From Longimicrobiales bacterium (GTDB taxonomy: Bacteria; Gemmatimonadota; Gemmatimonadetes; Longimicrobiales; Gaopeijiaceae): a stretch of DNA of 64,000 bases. The notes under the pieces are model-generated. The model was not told the origin of the DNA. It ran no database searches and saw only the letters and a list, made by a program, of their open reading frames with translations. Where the stretch lies: assembly GCA_965232315.1 (NCBI GenBank), contig CBDDPN010000012.1, positions 1,922 through 65,921 on the forward strand. Reading direction: 5' to 3'. How positions within the stretch are numbered: the stretch's first letter is position 1; each line of letters starts with the position of its first letter. The translations under genes were made by a program, and so were the position numbers. Shown here in pieces: positions 18,074-27,688 of this stretch.

Positions 18074-19392
18074 GATTCCTCCCCGGGTGCGCCGGCCATG
18101 GCGCGCAGCAGGTTGTAGTACGCGATCCAGGCTTCCGCCCGAAGGATGAGCGCGCTGAGTCGGGCATCCCTGACGGCCCCGGTGGCGTCGAGAAACGCCA
18201 CCAGCGTCATCTCGCCTTCATCGTACGCCATCCGGGCAGCCGACAATAGAACCTCGGCCTCGGCGATGATGCCCTCGGCGGTGAACGCCAGGCGTTCGCG
18301 CGCGACCGAGTATCGATCGGACGCGTCGACCAGGTCGAGTTCGGCCTTGCGCCGAAGGAGGTCGAGGCCCGAGGTGGCGGCCGATTCGCGCGCCGCGGCT
18401 TCGTCGCGGGCGCCCCCCGCGCGGTTGAAGATCGGCAGGGGCAGGTCCACGCCGAGCGTCGCGCCCTTGAAGCCGTCCGAGTGTTCCTTGTACGCGAGGC
18501 TGAGGGTGGGGTCGGGCACCCATCCCAGCATGGCGACCGTATGTTCGGCCCTGGCCGCGTCCAGCTCCCGTGCGGCCGCCTCCAGGTCGGGACGCCGGGA
18601 GAGGGCGTCGAGGGCGCTCGCGGAGGTGATGGCCGGAGGGACGCCGGCCATCGCATCGGCAGGCCCCAGCTCGTGCAGGGACGCTTCCGGCAAGATCAGT
18701 GACGCCAGCAGCCGGCGGGCGGCGCGGGCGCGAAGCTCCGCGTCCACTTCATCCTTCTCGGCCTGAATCCGGCCGAGGCGCAGCCGCCGGGTCTCGTAGC
18801 CCGAGATGTCTCCCGCCTCGAGGCGCTCCTCGGCCGCGCGCGTCACGACGTAGATCGTTGCCGCAGCCTGTGCGATGGTTCTCTCCACCTCCTCCGCGAG
18901 CCAGGCTTCCACGTACGCCTGCCGGACCTTGAAGACCAGCTGCAGCGAGTCGGCGCGAAACCGGGCGCTGGCGCCGCTGATGGCGTGGCGGGCGGCCTGT
19001 CCGCGGGCTGCGGTGCGGCCGGGCCATTCGATCCGCTGCAGCAGCCCCGTGGTGGTTTCCCAGTAGTCGGTCCCCGAACGGCTCAGGTCCTCGCGAAGGA
19101 TCGAGAACGCGGGGTTGTAGTAGGCGCGGGATTGGCGCGCCGCCCCGGCAACCACGGCAGCCTCGGCCTGGGCGATGCGCAGCGCCAGACCGTTTTCGGC
19201 GAAGGCCTCCAGCGCCGCGGCCAGCGTGACCCGCCGGATGCCTTCCTGTCCCTCGAGGCCGAGGGGCCCGGCGGCGAGCAGGCCCGCCAGGCAAACCACC
19301 GCGATCCGCTTCAGGCGCATCGTCTCTCGCGGCTTCACGCGCATCGTCTCTCGCGGTTTCACGCGCATCGTCTCTCGCGGCTTCACGCGCAT
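18070..19392 (-). CDS. TolC-family outer membrane efflux factor
   Basis: The OMF two-repeat helical pattern is present and the gene is the first of an OMF-MFP-RND operon. ATG 19392 is preceded by GAGGAGGAA. Three further in-frame ATGs lie at 19368, 19344 and 19320. Confidence 0.8.
   Translation of the reverse strand: MRVKPRETMRVKPRETMRVKPRETMRLKRIAVVCLAGLLAAGPLGLEGQEGIRRVTLAAALEAFAENGLALRIAQAEAAVVAGAARQSRAYYNPAFSILREDLSRSGTDYWETTTGLLQRIEWPGRTAARGQAARHAISGASARFRADSLQLVFKVRQAYVEAWLAEEVERTIAQAAATIYVVTRAAEERLEAGDISGYETRRLRLGRIQAEKDEVDAELRARAARRLLASLILPEASLHELGPADAMAGVPPAITSASALDALSRRPDLEAAARELDAARAEHTVAMLGWVPDPTLSLAYKEHSDGFKGATLGVDLPLPIFNRAGGARDEAAARESAATSGLDLLRRKAELDLVDASDRYSVARERLAFTAEGIIAEAEVLLSAARMAYDEGEMTLVAFLDATGAVRDARLSALILRAEAWIAYYNLLRAMAGAPGEES
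19313..19392 (-). repeat. 24-bp tandem repeat (3 full copies plus a partial one) covering the OMF start region
   Basis: ATGCGCGTGAA(G/A)CCGCGAGAGACG is repeated head to tail on the minus strand. It encodes MRVKPRET x3 followed by MRLKRIAVV... Confidence 0.9.
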
Positions 19393-19790
19393 CGTTCCTC
19401 CTCGCGCAGTTCCGGATAGTAGGTCTTGTAGAAACCACGGTCGCGTGTGAGAAAGGCCTCGGCCGCGGTCAGAGCGTGTGACCCGATCAGAAAGTCGGTG
19501 ATGATTCGCTTCCGTGGTCCGCCTGCCCGTCGGTAGCGGAGCCATCGTCGGCCCGCATGGTACGCGATATCGGTTGTTATGGGAGAGACGGTGGCACCCA
19601 GGGTTCGCAAGGCGCGATCGAGGGAGCGTCGATCGGGGAAAGCGGGTGCGAGTTCCGCATAGACGACATCGCAGACGAGAATGGCTCCCCGGTCATACGC
19701 CTTCCGCAGCCGCTCCTTCGATCGAGCCGCGTGCCCGGCGTCGTCCACAAAGACATCCAGCAGAACGCTGGTGTCGGCCGCCGTGATCAT
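19383..19790 (-). CDS. vapC: PIN-domain toxin
   Basis: MITAADTSVLLDVFVDD... and later ITDFLIGSHAL are typical of VapC. The start overlaps the antitoxin stop (ATGA), and the stop overlaps the OMF ATG by 10 nt. Confidence 0.8.
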   Translation of the reverse strand: MITAADTSVLLDVFVDDAGHAARSKERLRKAYDRGAILVCDVVYAELAPAFPDRRSLDRALRTLGATVSPITTDIAYHAGRRWLRYRRAGGPRKRIITDFLIGSHALTAAEAFLTRDRGFYKTYYPELREEERCA

Positions 19791-20002
19791 CTGCCGCGGA
19801 TCTCTTCGATGTAATCGTCCGTGTTCATGCGTCCGCTGATGATCCCATGGACCTGATCGACTGGATGCTCGGAGTTCGTTTGTTTGCGAATGAGCAATCC
19901 GCCCTCGGCCGGCGTGATTTCCACTTCGACGTCCGGGCGGAAGCCGAAACGCTCTCTCAGGCGCTTGGGGATCGTGATCTGGCCTCGTTCGGAAACTCTC
20001 AT
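19787..20002 (-). CDS. vapB: AbrB/MazE/SpoVT-type antitoxin
   Basis: MRVSERGQITIPKRLRERFGF is a classic SpoVT/AbrB swapped-hairpin N-terminus. GGAGAATAT lies upstream of the ATG. Confidence 0.8.
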   Translation of the reverse strand: MRVSERGQITIPKRLRERFGFRPDVEVEITPAEGGLLIRKQTNSEHPVDQVHGIISGRMNTDDYIEEIRGR

Positions 20003-20114
20003 ATATTCTCCATCGGAAATTCAGAATACAAAAATCATACGACAACGCTCTGGCTCACGCAAAGCTCGAGTAGGACAACCTCCCGCACAGACGCCCTATT
20101 CCCCCCACACGCCC

Positions 20115-21035
20115 CTATCCCCCCAACGCCGCCCTCGCCGCGGCTGCCGCCGACGCCGCGTAGCCGCCCCCGAACAGGCGGGCGTGCACCAGCAGCGGAT
20201 AGAGCTGGTAGGCGGGACGCCGCCTCCGGAAGCCGTGGAGCAGGGGCCAGGCGTCGTTGTAGCCTTCGTGGAAGGCCGGGGAGAAGCCGCCGAACAGGTC
20301 GGCCATCGCCAGGTCCACCTCCCGATGGCCGACGTACACTGCGGGGTCGATCAGCACGGGCGCGCCGCCGCGGGCGAAGAGCACGTTGCCGGACCAGAGG
20401 TCGCCGTGGAGCAGGGAAGGGCCATCGACCGCCACGGCCGGAGCGAGGAGCGCGTCGGCCCGGTCCGCCACCGCCTCGACGATGGCGGCCTGCGCCGCCG
20501 AGAGGGTGCCGCGGGCCCTGAGCTCGCCGGCCAGCGGACGGATGCGGCGGTCGGCCCAGAAGCCGCCCCAGTCGTTGGTCCACCCGTTCGGTTGAGGAAG
20601 CGACCCGATCAGGTTCTCGTCGTGCCACCCGAAGCGGGCTTCCGGCATTCCCGGGCCCGTGTCCCGGTGCAGAGCGGCCAGCTCCCGGCCCAGCCGCATC
20701 CAGCTCTTCCTGCCCGGCCGACCCTCGTCGATCCACTCCAGCAGCAGCCACGCGACGTCTTCGTCCGGGCCACTCCGCGCTATGACCGCCGGCACCCGCG
20801 CCGCGCCGGAAGCCGCCAGTGCTTCCAGCCCCTCGGCCTCCACCCGGAAGAAGCGGTGATCGGCGTGCCGGTTCCACTTGAGGAAGTAGTCGCCCCGCGT
20901 GGTGCGCAAGGCCGTTCCCTGGTTGATGCACCCGCCGCCGACGGGACGCGCGCTCCGGACCCGGGTGGGGTCCAGGCCGATCACGCGACAGGCGTTTTCC
21001 ACCGCGGCCGAGGCCGGGTCGCGGCTCCGCTGCAC
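20115..21035 (-). CDS. fructosamine/ketosamine kinase family protein
   Basis: 306 aa with GGGCINQG near the N-terminus, FFRVEAEGLEAL and the LLHGDLWSGNVLF catalytic-loop motif of the fructosamine kinase family. Confidence 0.8.
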   Translation of the reverse strand: MQRSRDPASAAVENACRVIGLDPTRVRSARPVGGGCINQGTALRTTRGDYFLKWNRHADHRFFRVEAEGLEALAASGAARVPAVIARSGPDEDVAWLLLEWIDEGRPGRKSWMRLGRELAALHRDTGPGMPEARFGWHDENLIGSLPQPNGWTNDWGGFWADRRIRPLAGELRARGTLSAAQAAIVEAVADRADALLAPAVAVDGPSLLHGDLWSGNVLFARGGAPVLIDPAVYVGHREVDLAMADLFGGFSPAFHEGYNDAWPLLHGFRRRRPAYQLYPLLVHARLFGGGYAASAAAAARAALGG

Positions 21036-21114
21036 CCGCTACCGGCCCTGGTCCACCGGCTACCGGCCCCGCTCCGCCCGCGGCGTGGCACACCCGGGCG
21101 GCGCGCGGCGGCGC

Positions 21115-22044
21115 CTACTCCTCACGCTCGCGCGAGCCCATCTCCACGGACCCCGGCTCGAGTTCCAGCGCGTGGCGCAGCAGACGGGCGGCCGATCGCA
21201 GAAGGAAGGCGTCCTCGTCGGCCATCCCCCGAACCGAGAGGCGGATGTCGGGAGTGACTTCGACCTGCGACCAGGTGTCGACTGCCTCCGGAAACTGCCT
21301 GCCCTGCCGGCGAGCCCGGGTCTGAAGCGTATCGAGCACCCAGGACAAGCGCAGCGCGAGCGTATCGGGGTCATCGTCGGGCTCCATCGAACTCCGGACC
21401 CGATGCCCGCGTTCGGCCCCGCTGTCCTCGAACCGCGAAATGCGGTCTCCGGCGACGCGGGTGTCGTCCCGGAGCCTCAGGGGTTCGGTCTCGTCGACGC
21501 CGGCCTCCTCCCGGGGTTCCGGGGGTTCGTGGTAGTCGACGCTGTCTTCGGCCGGGAACGCCGGACTCCCGAGAGCCTCGAGGCGCGGCGGCGGCGGAAC
21601 TTTCATGGTCCGAAGTGTTTCGCCCTGGCGATCCCGGCGAAGATCGACGGGGGAGTCATCCGCCGGCGCTTCCCTGCTGGCCGACAGCCGCTCCCTCAGC
21701 GCGGACACCCGGTCGACCATCGAGCGGCGTTCGGCGGACATGGGCGAAACGATGTCGCCGGTCACCGGGGTCTCGCCGGCAGCGACGCTCGCAATCAGCT
21801 GCCGTGGCGCGTGAAGAAACAACTTGCGCAGATCGCTGAGACGCACCGGTGCGATCTCGGCCTCCGCCTCCGCCTCGCGTACGCGCCGGATGAAGAGCAG
21901 GCGATCCCGGACCAGCTCGGGATAACGGGTGCGCGGTCCGCGTCGGCCCACCCGCGGAAGCAGGCCCTCCTGTACGTAGTAGGCGATGGTCCTGCGGCCG
22001 AAGCCCGTGTCGCGCTCCAGTTCTCTCGTGGTGTAGCTGCCCAT
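21115..22044 (-). CDS. MerR-family-like transcriptional regulator with a long acidic/Arg-rich C-terminal extension
   Basis: MGSYTTRELERDTGFGRRTIAYYVQEGLLPRVGRRGPRTRY is a MerR-type HTH. The start was trimmed from the listed 22107 to Met 22044. Confidence 0.6.
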   Translation of the reverse strand: MGSYTTRELERDTGFGRRTIAYYVQEGLLPRVGRRGPRTRYPELVRDRLLFIRRVREAEAEAEIAPVRLSDLRKLFLHAPRQLIASVAAGETPVTGDIVSPMSAERRSMVDRVSALRERLSASREAPADDSPVDLRRDRQGETLRTMKVPPPPRLEALGSPAFPAEDSVDYHEPPEPREEAGVDETEPLRLRDDTRVAGDRISRFEDSGAERGHRVRSSMEPDDDPDTLALRLSWVLDTLQTRARRQGRQFPEAVDTWSQVEVTPDIRLSVRGMADEDAFLLRSAARLLRHALELEPGSVEMGSREREE

Positions 22045-22095
22045 TCTCTGCCTCGCAGGCTGCTGGCGCCCTTGGCTCTGCCTCAAGTGTCGTTT

Positions 22096-22176
22096 ACTGA
22101 CGACCACTGACGAATACTGTTGACATGGCCTCAGTTGGTCCCTTATACTGATGACAACTGGTGACTACTGACAACA
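22096..22176 (+). promoter_or_regulatory. two triplets of 10-bp phased ACTGNNGAC-type repeats flanking and overlapping a promoter
   Basis: ACTG begins at 22096, 22106 and 22116 and again at 22147, 22157 and 22167. The units are ACTGACGACC, ACTGACGAAT, ACTGTTGACA / ACTGATGACA, ACTGGTGACT, ACTGACAACA. Confidence 0.6.
22120..22149 (+). promoter_or_regulatory. sigma70-like promoter for the 22194 gene
   Basis: TTGACA (22120-22125), 18-nt spacer, TATACT (22144-22149), about 45 nt upstream of ATG 22194. Confidence 0.5.
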
Positions 22177-22193
22177 TATGAGGAGACACGACC

Positions 22194-23249
22194 ATGAGCA
22201 AACCGCGACCTGCCGAATCCACCACCCACGCGAACGAGAGCCCCATCGCCAGCGCGAGGAGCGCGCTCTCGAGCCTTTCCATCGGGAAGCCGACCCACTT
22301 CGCCGGACTGACCGTCTTCCCGCTGGCCTCCGACCTGCGGAGCTCGGTCCGCTACCTGCTCCTCGAGGAAGGCCTGCGCACCGGGCTCGTTTCGGTTCGG
22401 GAAGTGGACAAAGGGGGCAGTGTCCCCGATCTCGCGGTCGAGAACCGCTCGGATGCCGACGTGCTCATCGTCGATGGCGAGGAGCTGGTGGGCGCCAAAC
22501 AGAACCGGATCGCCAACCTCACCCTCCTGGTTCCGGCCGAGCGCACGACGACCATTCCGGTGTCGTGCGTGGAGGCCGGGCGCTGGGGCTACAGCCGGCC
22601 CGACTTCACCGTGACCGAGCGGGTGCAGTACAGCCGCGGGCGTGCGGAAAGACTCCACAGCGTGCACGCATCGATGCGTACGACGGGGACCCGGCGCTCG
22701 GACCAGAGCGCGGTATGGGATTCCGTGCGCGCGAAGGCCGATCGGATGGAAGCCGCTTCGCCCACGGAGGCGATGAGCGCCATCTACGAGCGCCACGGGG
22801 CCACGCTGGACGACTACGTCGAGAAGATGTCCCTCAATGCCGATCAGATCGGGGCCATCTTCGTCACCGGCAGGCGCCAGTTCGGCCTGGATCTCTTCGA
22901 CAGGCACCACACCTTCGCGGCGTTCTTCCCCAAGCTGTTGCGCAGCTACGCCATCGATGCGATGGAGCGGCCGACTGCTCGCGACCGGGCGCCGAAGCGG
23001 AGGCACCCGCGAGCCTTCGTCGCCCGCCTGCTGGAAGGGGCGTTCGATGTCCACCCCGCCGTCGCGCTGGGGCATGACGTGGGAGTCGTGGCGAAGGGCG
23101 CGATCGCGGGGGCTCTGGTTCATCAGGAGGTCGCGCTGCACCTGACCGCCTTCTCCGAGCCAGCGCATGTGCGCGAGTCGGATTCCGGGATGTACGCCGG
23201 CTACCGGCAGCGGCGGGAGTCGCTTCGGCGCCGACGCGGACGGGAGTAG
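22194..23249 (+). CDS. conserved hypothetical, DUF6569/ARPP-1-like as recalled
   Basis: 351 aa. LTVFPL...YLLLEEGL...VSVREV...VPDLAVENRSDADVLIVDGEELVGAKQNRIANLTLLVPA...IPVSCVEAGRW matches my recollection of the ARPP-1/DUF6569 N-terminal region. AGGAG lies upstream of the ATG. Confidence 0.5.
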   Translation: MSKPRPAESTTHANESPIASARSALSSLSIGKPTHFAGLTVFPLASDLRSSVRYLLLEEGLRTGLVSVREVDKGGSVPDLAVENRSDADVLIVDGEELVGAKQNRIANLTLLVPAERTTTIPVSCVEAGRWGYSRPDFTVTERVQYSRGRAERLHSVHASMRTTGTRRSDQSAVWDSVRAKADRMEAASPTEAMSAIYERHGATLDDYVEKMSLNADQIGAIFVTGRRQFGLDLFDRHHTFAAFFPKLLRSYAIDAMERPTARDRAPKRRHPRAFVARLLEGAFDVHPAVALGHDVGVVAKGAIAGALVHQEVALHLTAFSEPAHVRESDSGMYAGYRQRRESLRRRRGRE

Positions 23250-23556
23250 GCCCGTCGCGGGGGAAGCCCGCTCCTCCGGGCGCGTGCTCCGCGGGGGCGC
23301 ATGGATCGAGCTTGCTCGGGAAGCTGCTCGCGCTCTATCTCCAGAGTGCCATCCCTGAACCCGGGATGGAGAGCCTCAGGCTGGCCTCTGGTGAAGAACG
23401 CGACTCCTTGACCGCGAGAGAACATCCATGCGCCCTCCCCGTCCGTTTCCCGCGATCCGATCATTGTTTGCAGCCACGGCTGCTTCCCGCAGGGCCGCAG
23501 GCGGTGCCGCCGGGCGTGCCACTGCGCGGTCAGGCGCCACGTTCCCATGCGCAGCC

Positions 23557-26500
23557 ATGTGCACCGGGCGACGGGCTGCCGTCGGCTCCGGCACGACGCG
23601 CGCGCCGGTGGGTGGCGCCGCCATGGCTCTCGGTGCGCTCCTGGTGTTCGCGTTCCCGCTTGCCTCCCAGGAGGCCGGGGGCGGAGACAACGGTGAATGG
23701 GACGTGACCCTGGCCCGGGGTGAGACCCGCGACATCGATTTCACCACCGAGGAGGGGACCTGGATGTCGCTGGACATCTCCCCGGACGGCGGGTGGGTCG
23801 CATTCGACCTGCTTGGACACATCTACCGCGTCCCGGCGGAGGGCGGGGGCGAGGCCGAACTGCTCACCGGGGGTACGGGGGTGGCCACCCACTACCACCC
23901 GCGGTATTCGCCCGACGGGTCGACCATCGCCTTCATCAGCGACCGCGAGGGGCAGAACAACCTGTGGGTCATGGACGCCGACGGGTCCAACCCGCGTTCG
24001 GTGTTCATCGACGGCGCCGTGCGGGCGGTGGAGCCCGCCTGGTCGGCTGACGGGAACTACATCTTCGTGCGGCGGCAGAACACGGCGCCCGGCGGGGGTG
24101 GCGGGGGCATCTGGATGTACCACCGGGACGGCGGCGACGGGATTCAGGTCATCGACGACCAGCCCTCGGCGGCCTGGCCTTCGCCGTCGAGGGACGGCCG
24201 CTACCTCTACTTCCATGTGTACACCGGGCCGCCCGGCCTCCAGGGCCGCGACGCGCTCGCCGGTCACTGGCAGGTGCGGCGCAAGGATCTGGACAGCGGC
24301 GAGATCGTGAACATCACCAGCGGCACCGCGGCGCAGCAGGTGCGCGCCTCGAGTGGAAGCGCCTACGCCGCCGAGATCTCCCCCGACGGCCGCTACCTGG
24401 CGTTCGCGCGCCGGATCGCCGGGGGCACCATCTCGTACCGGGGCCACACCTTCGGACCCCGCGCGGCCCTCTGGATCCGGGATCTGGAGACGGGGCGCGA
24501 GCATGTCGCGATGGACCCGATCACGGTGGACAACGCCGAGGGCATCAAGACGCTCCGCATCCTGCCGGGATACGGCTGGACGGCGGACGGTTCGGGCATC
24601 GTCCTGACCCAGGGGGGCAAAATCCGCAGGCTGGACGTGGCCAGCGGCGAGGTGACCACCGTGCCCTTCTCGGCCCGCGTGCAGCGCACCGTTTCGGAGA
24701 TGACGCGCGCGGATTTCCGCATCGATGACGGGCCCTTCGATGCGAAAATGCTCCGGTGGTACGCGCTCTCGCCGGACGGGTCGAGCATCGCCTTCCAGGC
24801 GGTGGGGAGGATCTGGACGGCGCCGGCCGGCGGGGGCGCGCCCACCCGGCTGACGTCCGGTGACGGGCCTTTCGAGTACTCGCCGGCGTGGTCGCCGGAC
24901 GGGCGCTGGGTCGCCTATGCCACCTGGGACGGGGAGGAGGGCGGCCATGTCTGGAAGATACCCTCCGGCGGCGGCGCCCCCGAACAGCTGACCACCTCGC
25001 CCTCCGAGTACGTGCACCCGGTCTGGGCGCCCGACGGATCGGAGCTGGTGGTGACGCGGGGGAGCGGGGCGGCCTCGCGGGCGCGGTCGGCGACCCAGAA
25101 CCCCTACTGGGAGCTGTGGCGGGTGCCCGCGGAGGGGGGTGGGGAGGCGTGGATCACGACCATCCCCAGCGGTTCCGGCGGGTTGCTCGGCAACCGGCGC
25201 CAGCTCACCCGCGCGTCCTTCGGACCCGAGGGGCGCATCTATTTCCCCGCGGGACATGAGGCGGACGGCGAGAACGTCACCGCCCTCATGTCGGTGGCGC
25301 CGGACGGCTCCGACCGGCGGGTGCACGCCACCATCCCCTTCGGCGACGAGTTCGTCGTCTCGCCCGGCGGCGACCGGGTGGCCTTCCAGGAGGGCGACAA
25401 CGTCTTCCTGGCCCCTCTGCCGCCCGGCGGCGTGGGAGGCGAGCCGGTGGCGCTCGAAAAGACCGGCGCGCCCGTGCCGGTGACCCGGCTCACCACCGAA
25501 GGGGGCCTCTTCCCCCGCTGGCTCGACAACGACCGGCTCGAGTTCGGGAGCGGGCAGCGCTTCTTCGTGCACGACGCGGCGGCCGGCGCGACCGACACCA
25601 TGGCGATCCGCCTGAGCGTCGACCGGCGTATCCCCTCCGGCACGCTCGCGCTCACCAACGCCCGCGTCATCACCCTCGACGACCGGGCGGTGCACGAAAA
25701 CGGCACCGTGCTGATCGACGGCAGCCGCATTACCTGCGTGGGCGAGTGCGACGCCTCCTCGGCCGATCGCACCATGGACATGACCGGCAAGACCATCGTG
25801 CCCGGCTTCGTGGACATGCACGCGCACCACTACCGCGAGCACAAGGGGCTCATCCCGAAGCGCGATTTCGAGTCCGCCGTCTATCTCGCCTACGGGGTCA
25901 CGACCAACCTCGACAACTCGATGTGGTCGCAGAACGTCTTCGCCAGCGCCGAGCTGATCCGCGCCGGCGAGGTGGTGGGTCCGCGCACGTATTCCACCGG
26001 TGACCCCCTCTACCGCGGCGACGCCGCCCGCCAGAACGAGCTGACCAGCTACGAGGTCGCCGAGCAGAACATCAACCGGCTGGCGTCGTGGGGCGCGACC
26101 GCCCTCAAGCAGTACCTGCAGCCGCGCCGCGACCAGCGCCAGTGGGTGTCGGACATCGCCCGCAGGAAGGGGCTGATGGTCACCTCCGAGAACAACGACA
26201 CCCCCTACACCATCGGCATGATCATGGACGGCCAGACGGCGTTCGAGCATCCGATGACCTACCTGCCCATGTACCGCGACCTGAGCCGGTTCCTGGGGGA
26301 GACCGGCGCCACCTACTCGCCCACCTTCATCGTCGGCGGCATCGGGCCCTGGAACGAGGAGTTCTTCTTCGCCGAGAGCGAGGTCTGGCTCGACCCCAAG
26401 CAGCGCGAATGGCTGCCCTGGCGCCAGGTCATCCCCCACATGCGCCGGCGCTGGCAGCGTCCCGACACCGACTACTCCTTCCCCCTCGTCGCACAGGGGA

Positions 26501-26911
26501 TGATGGACGTGATCGAGGCGGGTGGCTGGGGCGCCATCGGGTCGCACGGGCAGGCCCACGGCATCGGCTCGCACTGGGAAATATGGGATGGTGGAGTCGG
26601 CCACGGATCCGATGACCGCGCTCGAGGTCGCAAGCGTGCACGGCGCGGTGTTCCTGGGCGCCGAGGAGGACATCGGCTCGATCGAGGAAGGCAAGCTCGC
26701 GGACCTGCTGGTGCTCAACTCGAACCCGCTCGACGACATCCGCAACACCACCGACATCATGTACGTGGTGCAGGGGGGCATCGTGCGGGACGCCCTCACC
26801 CTCGACGAAGTGTGGCCCAACCAGGAAGCCTACGGGGAGCACTGGTGGGTGGACCCCGACGCCTGGCGCATGGACAACCGGCCCGTGGACTTCTGGGACC
26901 GGGGGAGGTAG
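23557..26911 (+). pseudogene. TolB-like beta-propeller + amidohydrolase fusion; frame broken by one extra G at 26585-26587 (pseudogene or sequencing indel)
   Basis: PD40/TolB-like repeats are present (ISPDGGWVAF, YSPDGSTIAFISDREGQNNLWVMDADGSNP, ISPDGRYLAFAR, WSPDGRWVAY), followed by amidohydrolase motifs (VPGFVDMHAHH). After ...GIGSHWEIW the family-typical C-terminus (MVESATDPMTALEVASVHGAVFLG...GKLADLLVLNSNPL) continues in the +1 frame (ORF 26522..26911). The start could be 23557 or 23623. Confidence 0.75.
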
Positions 26912-26977
26912 CCCATGTCGCACGATCCGGCATTGGCCGCGGGCGTCCGCGCCATCGCCCCTGGAGATGGACGGAGC

Positions 26978-27688
26978 ATGCGCCACGAACCTCCAGCCGG
27001 CGTACTCGCGGCGTCTCTCCTCACGCTCGCCCTCGCCTGTGGCGCGGCCAACGCCATCGATCCCGAGCCACCGCAGGCCGTCGAGTGGATCCGGCTGCCG
27101 ATGGAGTCGGGATCCCCGCGAAACATCGCCGTCCTGCGCCCGGAGGGCGCTCCGAGGGGCGTGGTCGTGGCGTTCCCGTGGGGGGCGGGCGATGCGAACC
27201 TCCTGCTCGGACTGCTCGAATCCTACTGGGGTGAGGCGGCGCCGGCGGCGGGGTACGCGGTCGTGGGTGTGGAGGCCTACGGGCCAGGTCTGGAGGAGGA
27301 CGCCGCGACCGTGATGTCCGCCGTCCTTGGCTGGATCGACGAGAACCTTGCGGCCGCGTCGGGCGACATCGTCATGACGGGCGCGTCCGCGGGCGGGATC
27401 GGGGTCTTCCACGCGGCGCTCGCGGCGCCGGACCGGGTCGGCGGGATCATCGCCATGCCGGGGCGCTACTCGGGTGACGCGTCGCTGGAGCCGCTGGCCG
27501 GGGCGCCCGTCTGGATGATGGTGGGCGAGGGCGATGCCCGCTGGGTCGAAGGATCGGAGGACACGGCGGAGCGCCTGGAAGATGCGGGGGTGGACGTCAC
27601 GCTCGACATCCTTGCGGGGCAGGGCCATGTGCTGGTTGTCGCCCAGGACGCGCTGGTGCGATGGATGGAAGGGAGGCAGACGCCATGA
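26978..27688 (+). CDS. alpha/beta-hydrolase lipoprotein (esterase/dienelactone-hydrolase-like)
   Basis: Lipobox LTLALAC, nucleophile elbow GASAGG, and a C-terminal GQGHVL histidine region. The start was trimmed to Met 26978, which follows GGAG. Confidence 0.65.
   Translation: MRHEPPAGVLAASLLTLALACGAANAIDPEPPQAVEWIRLPMESGSPRNIAVLRPEGAPRGVVVAFPWGAGDANLLLGLLESYWGEAAPAAGYAVVGVEAYGPGLEEDAATVMSAVLGWIDENLAAASGDIVMTGASAGGIGVFHAALAAPDRVGGIIAMPGRYSGDASLEPLAGAPVWMMVGEGDARWVEGSEDTAERLEDAGVDVTLDILAGQGHVLVVAQDALVRWMEGRQTP

Noticed and set aside
19313-19392. CRISPR arrays, considering this and the other tandem repeats (7017-7060, 7946-7987, 8618-8763).
   Set aside because: The repeats abut each other without unique spacers, there are only 2-4 copies, and no cas genes are present in the window.
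23201-23548. ORF 23201..23548 minus (115 aa) in the gap before the TolB/amidohydrolase gene.
   Set aside because: It has no motifs or ribosome-binding site, is Arg-rich, and overlaps the probable promoter and leader of the downstream gene. The evidence is insufficient.
26581-26592. Programmed +1 ribosomal frameshift in the TolB/amidohydrolase gene.
   Set aside because: No slippery heptamer or stimulatory context is evident. Seven other identical-type single-base G/C-run insertions nearby make an indel (real or artefactual) the simpler explanation.
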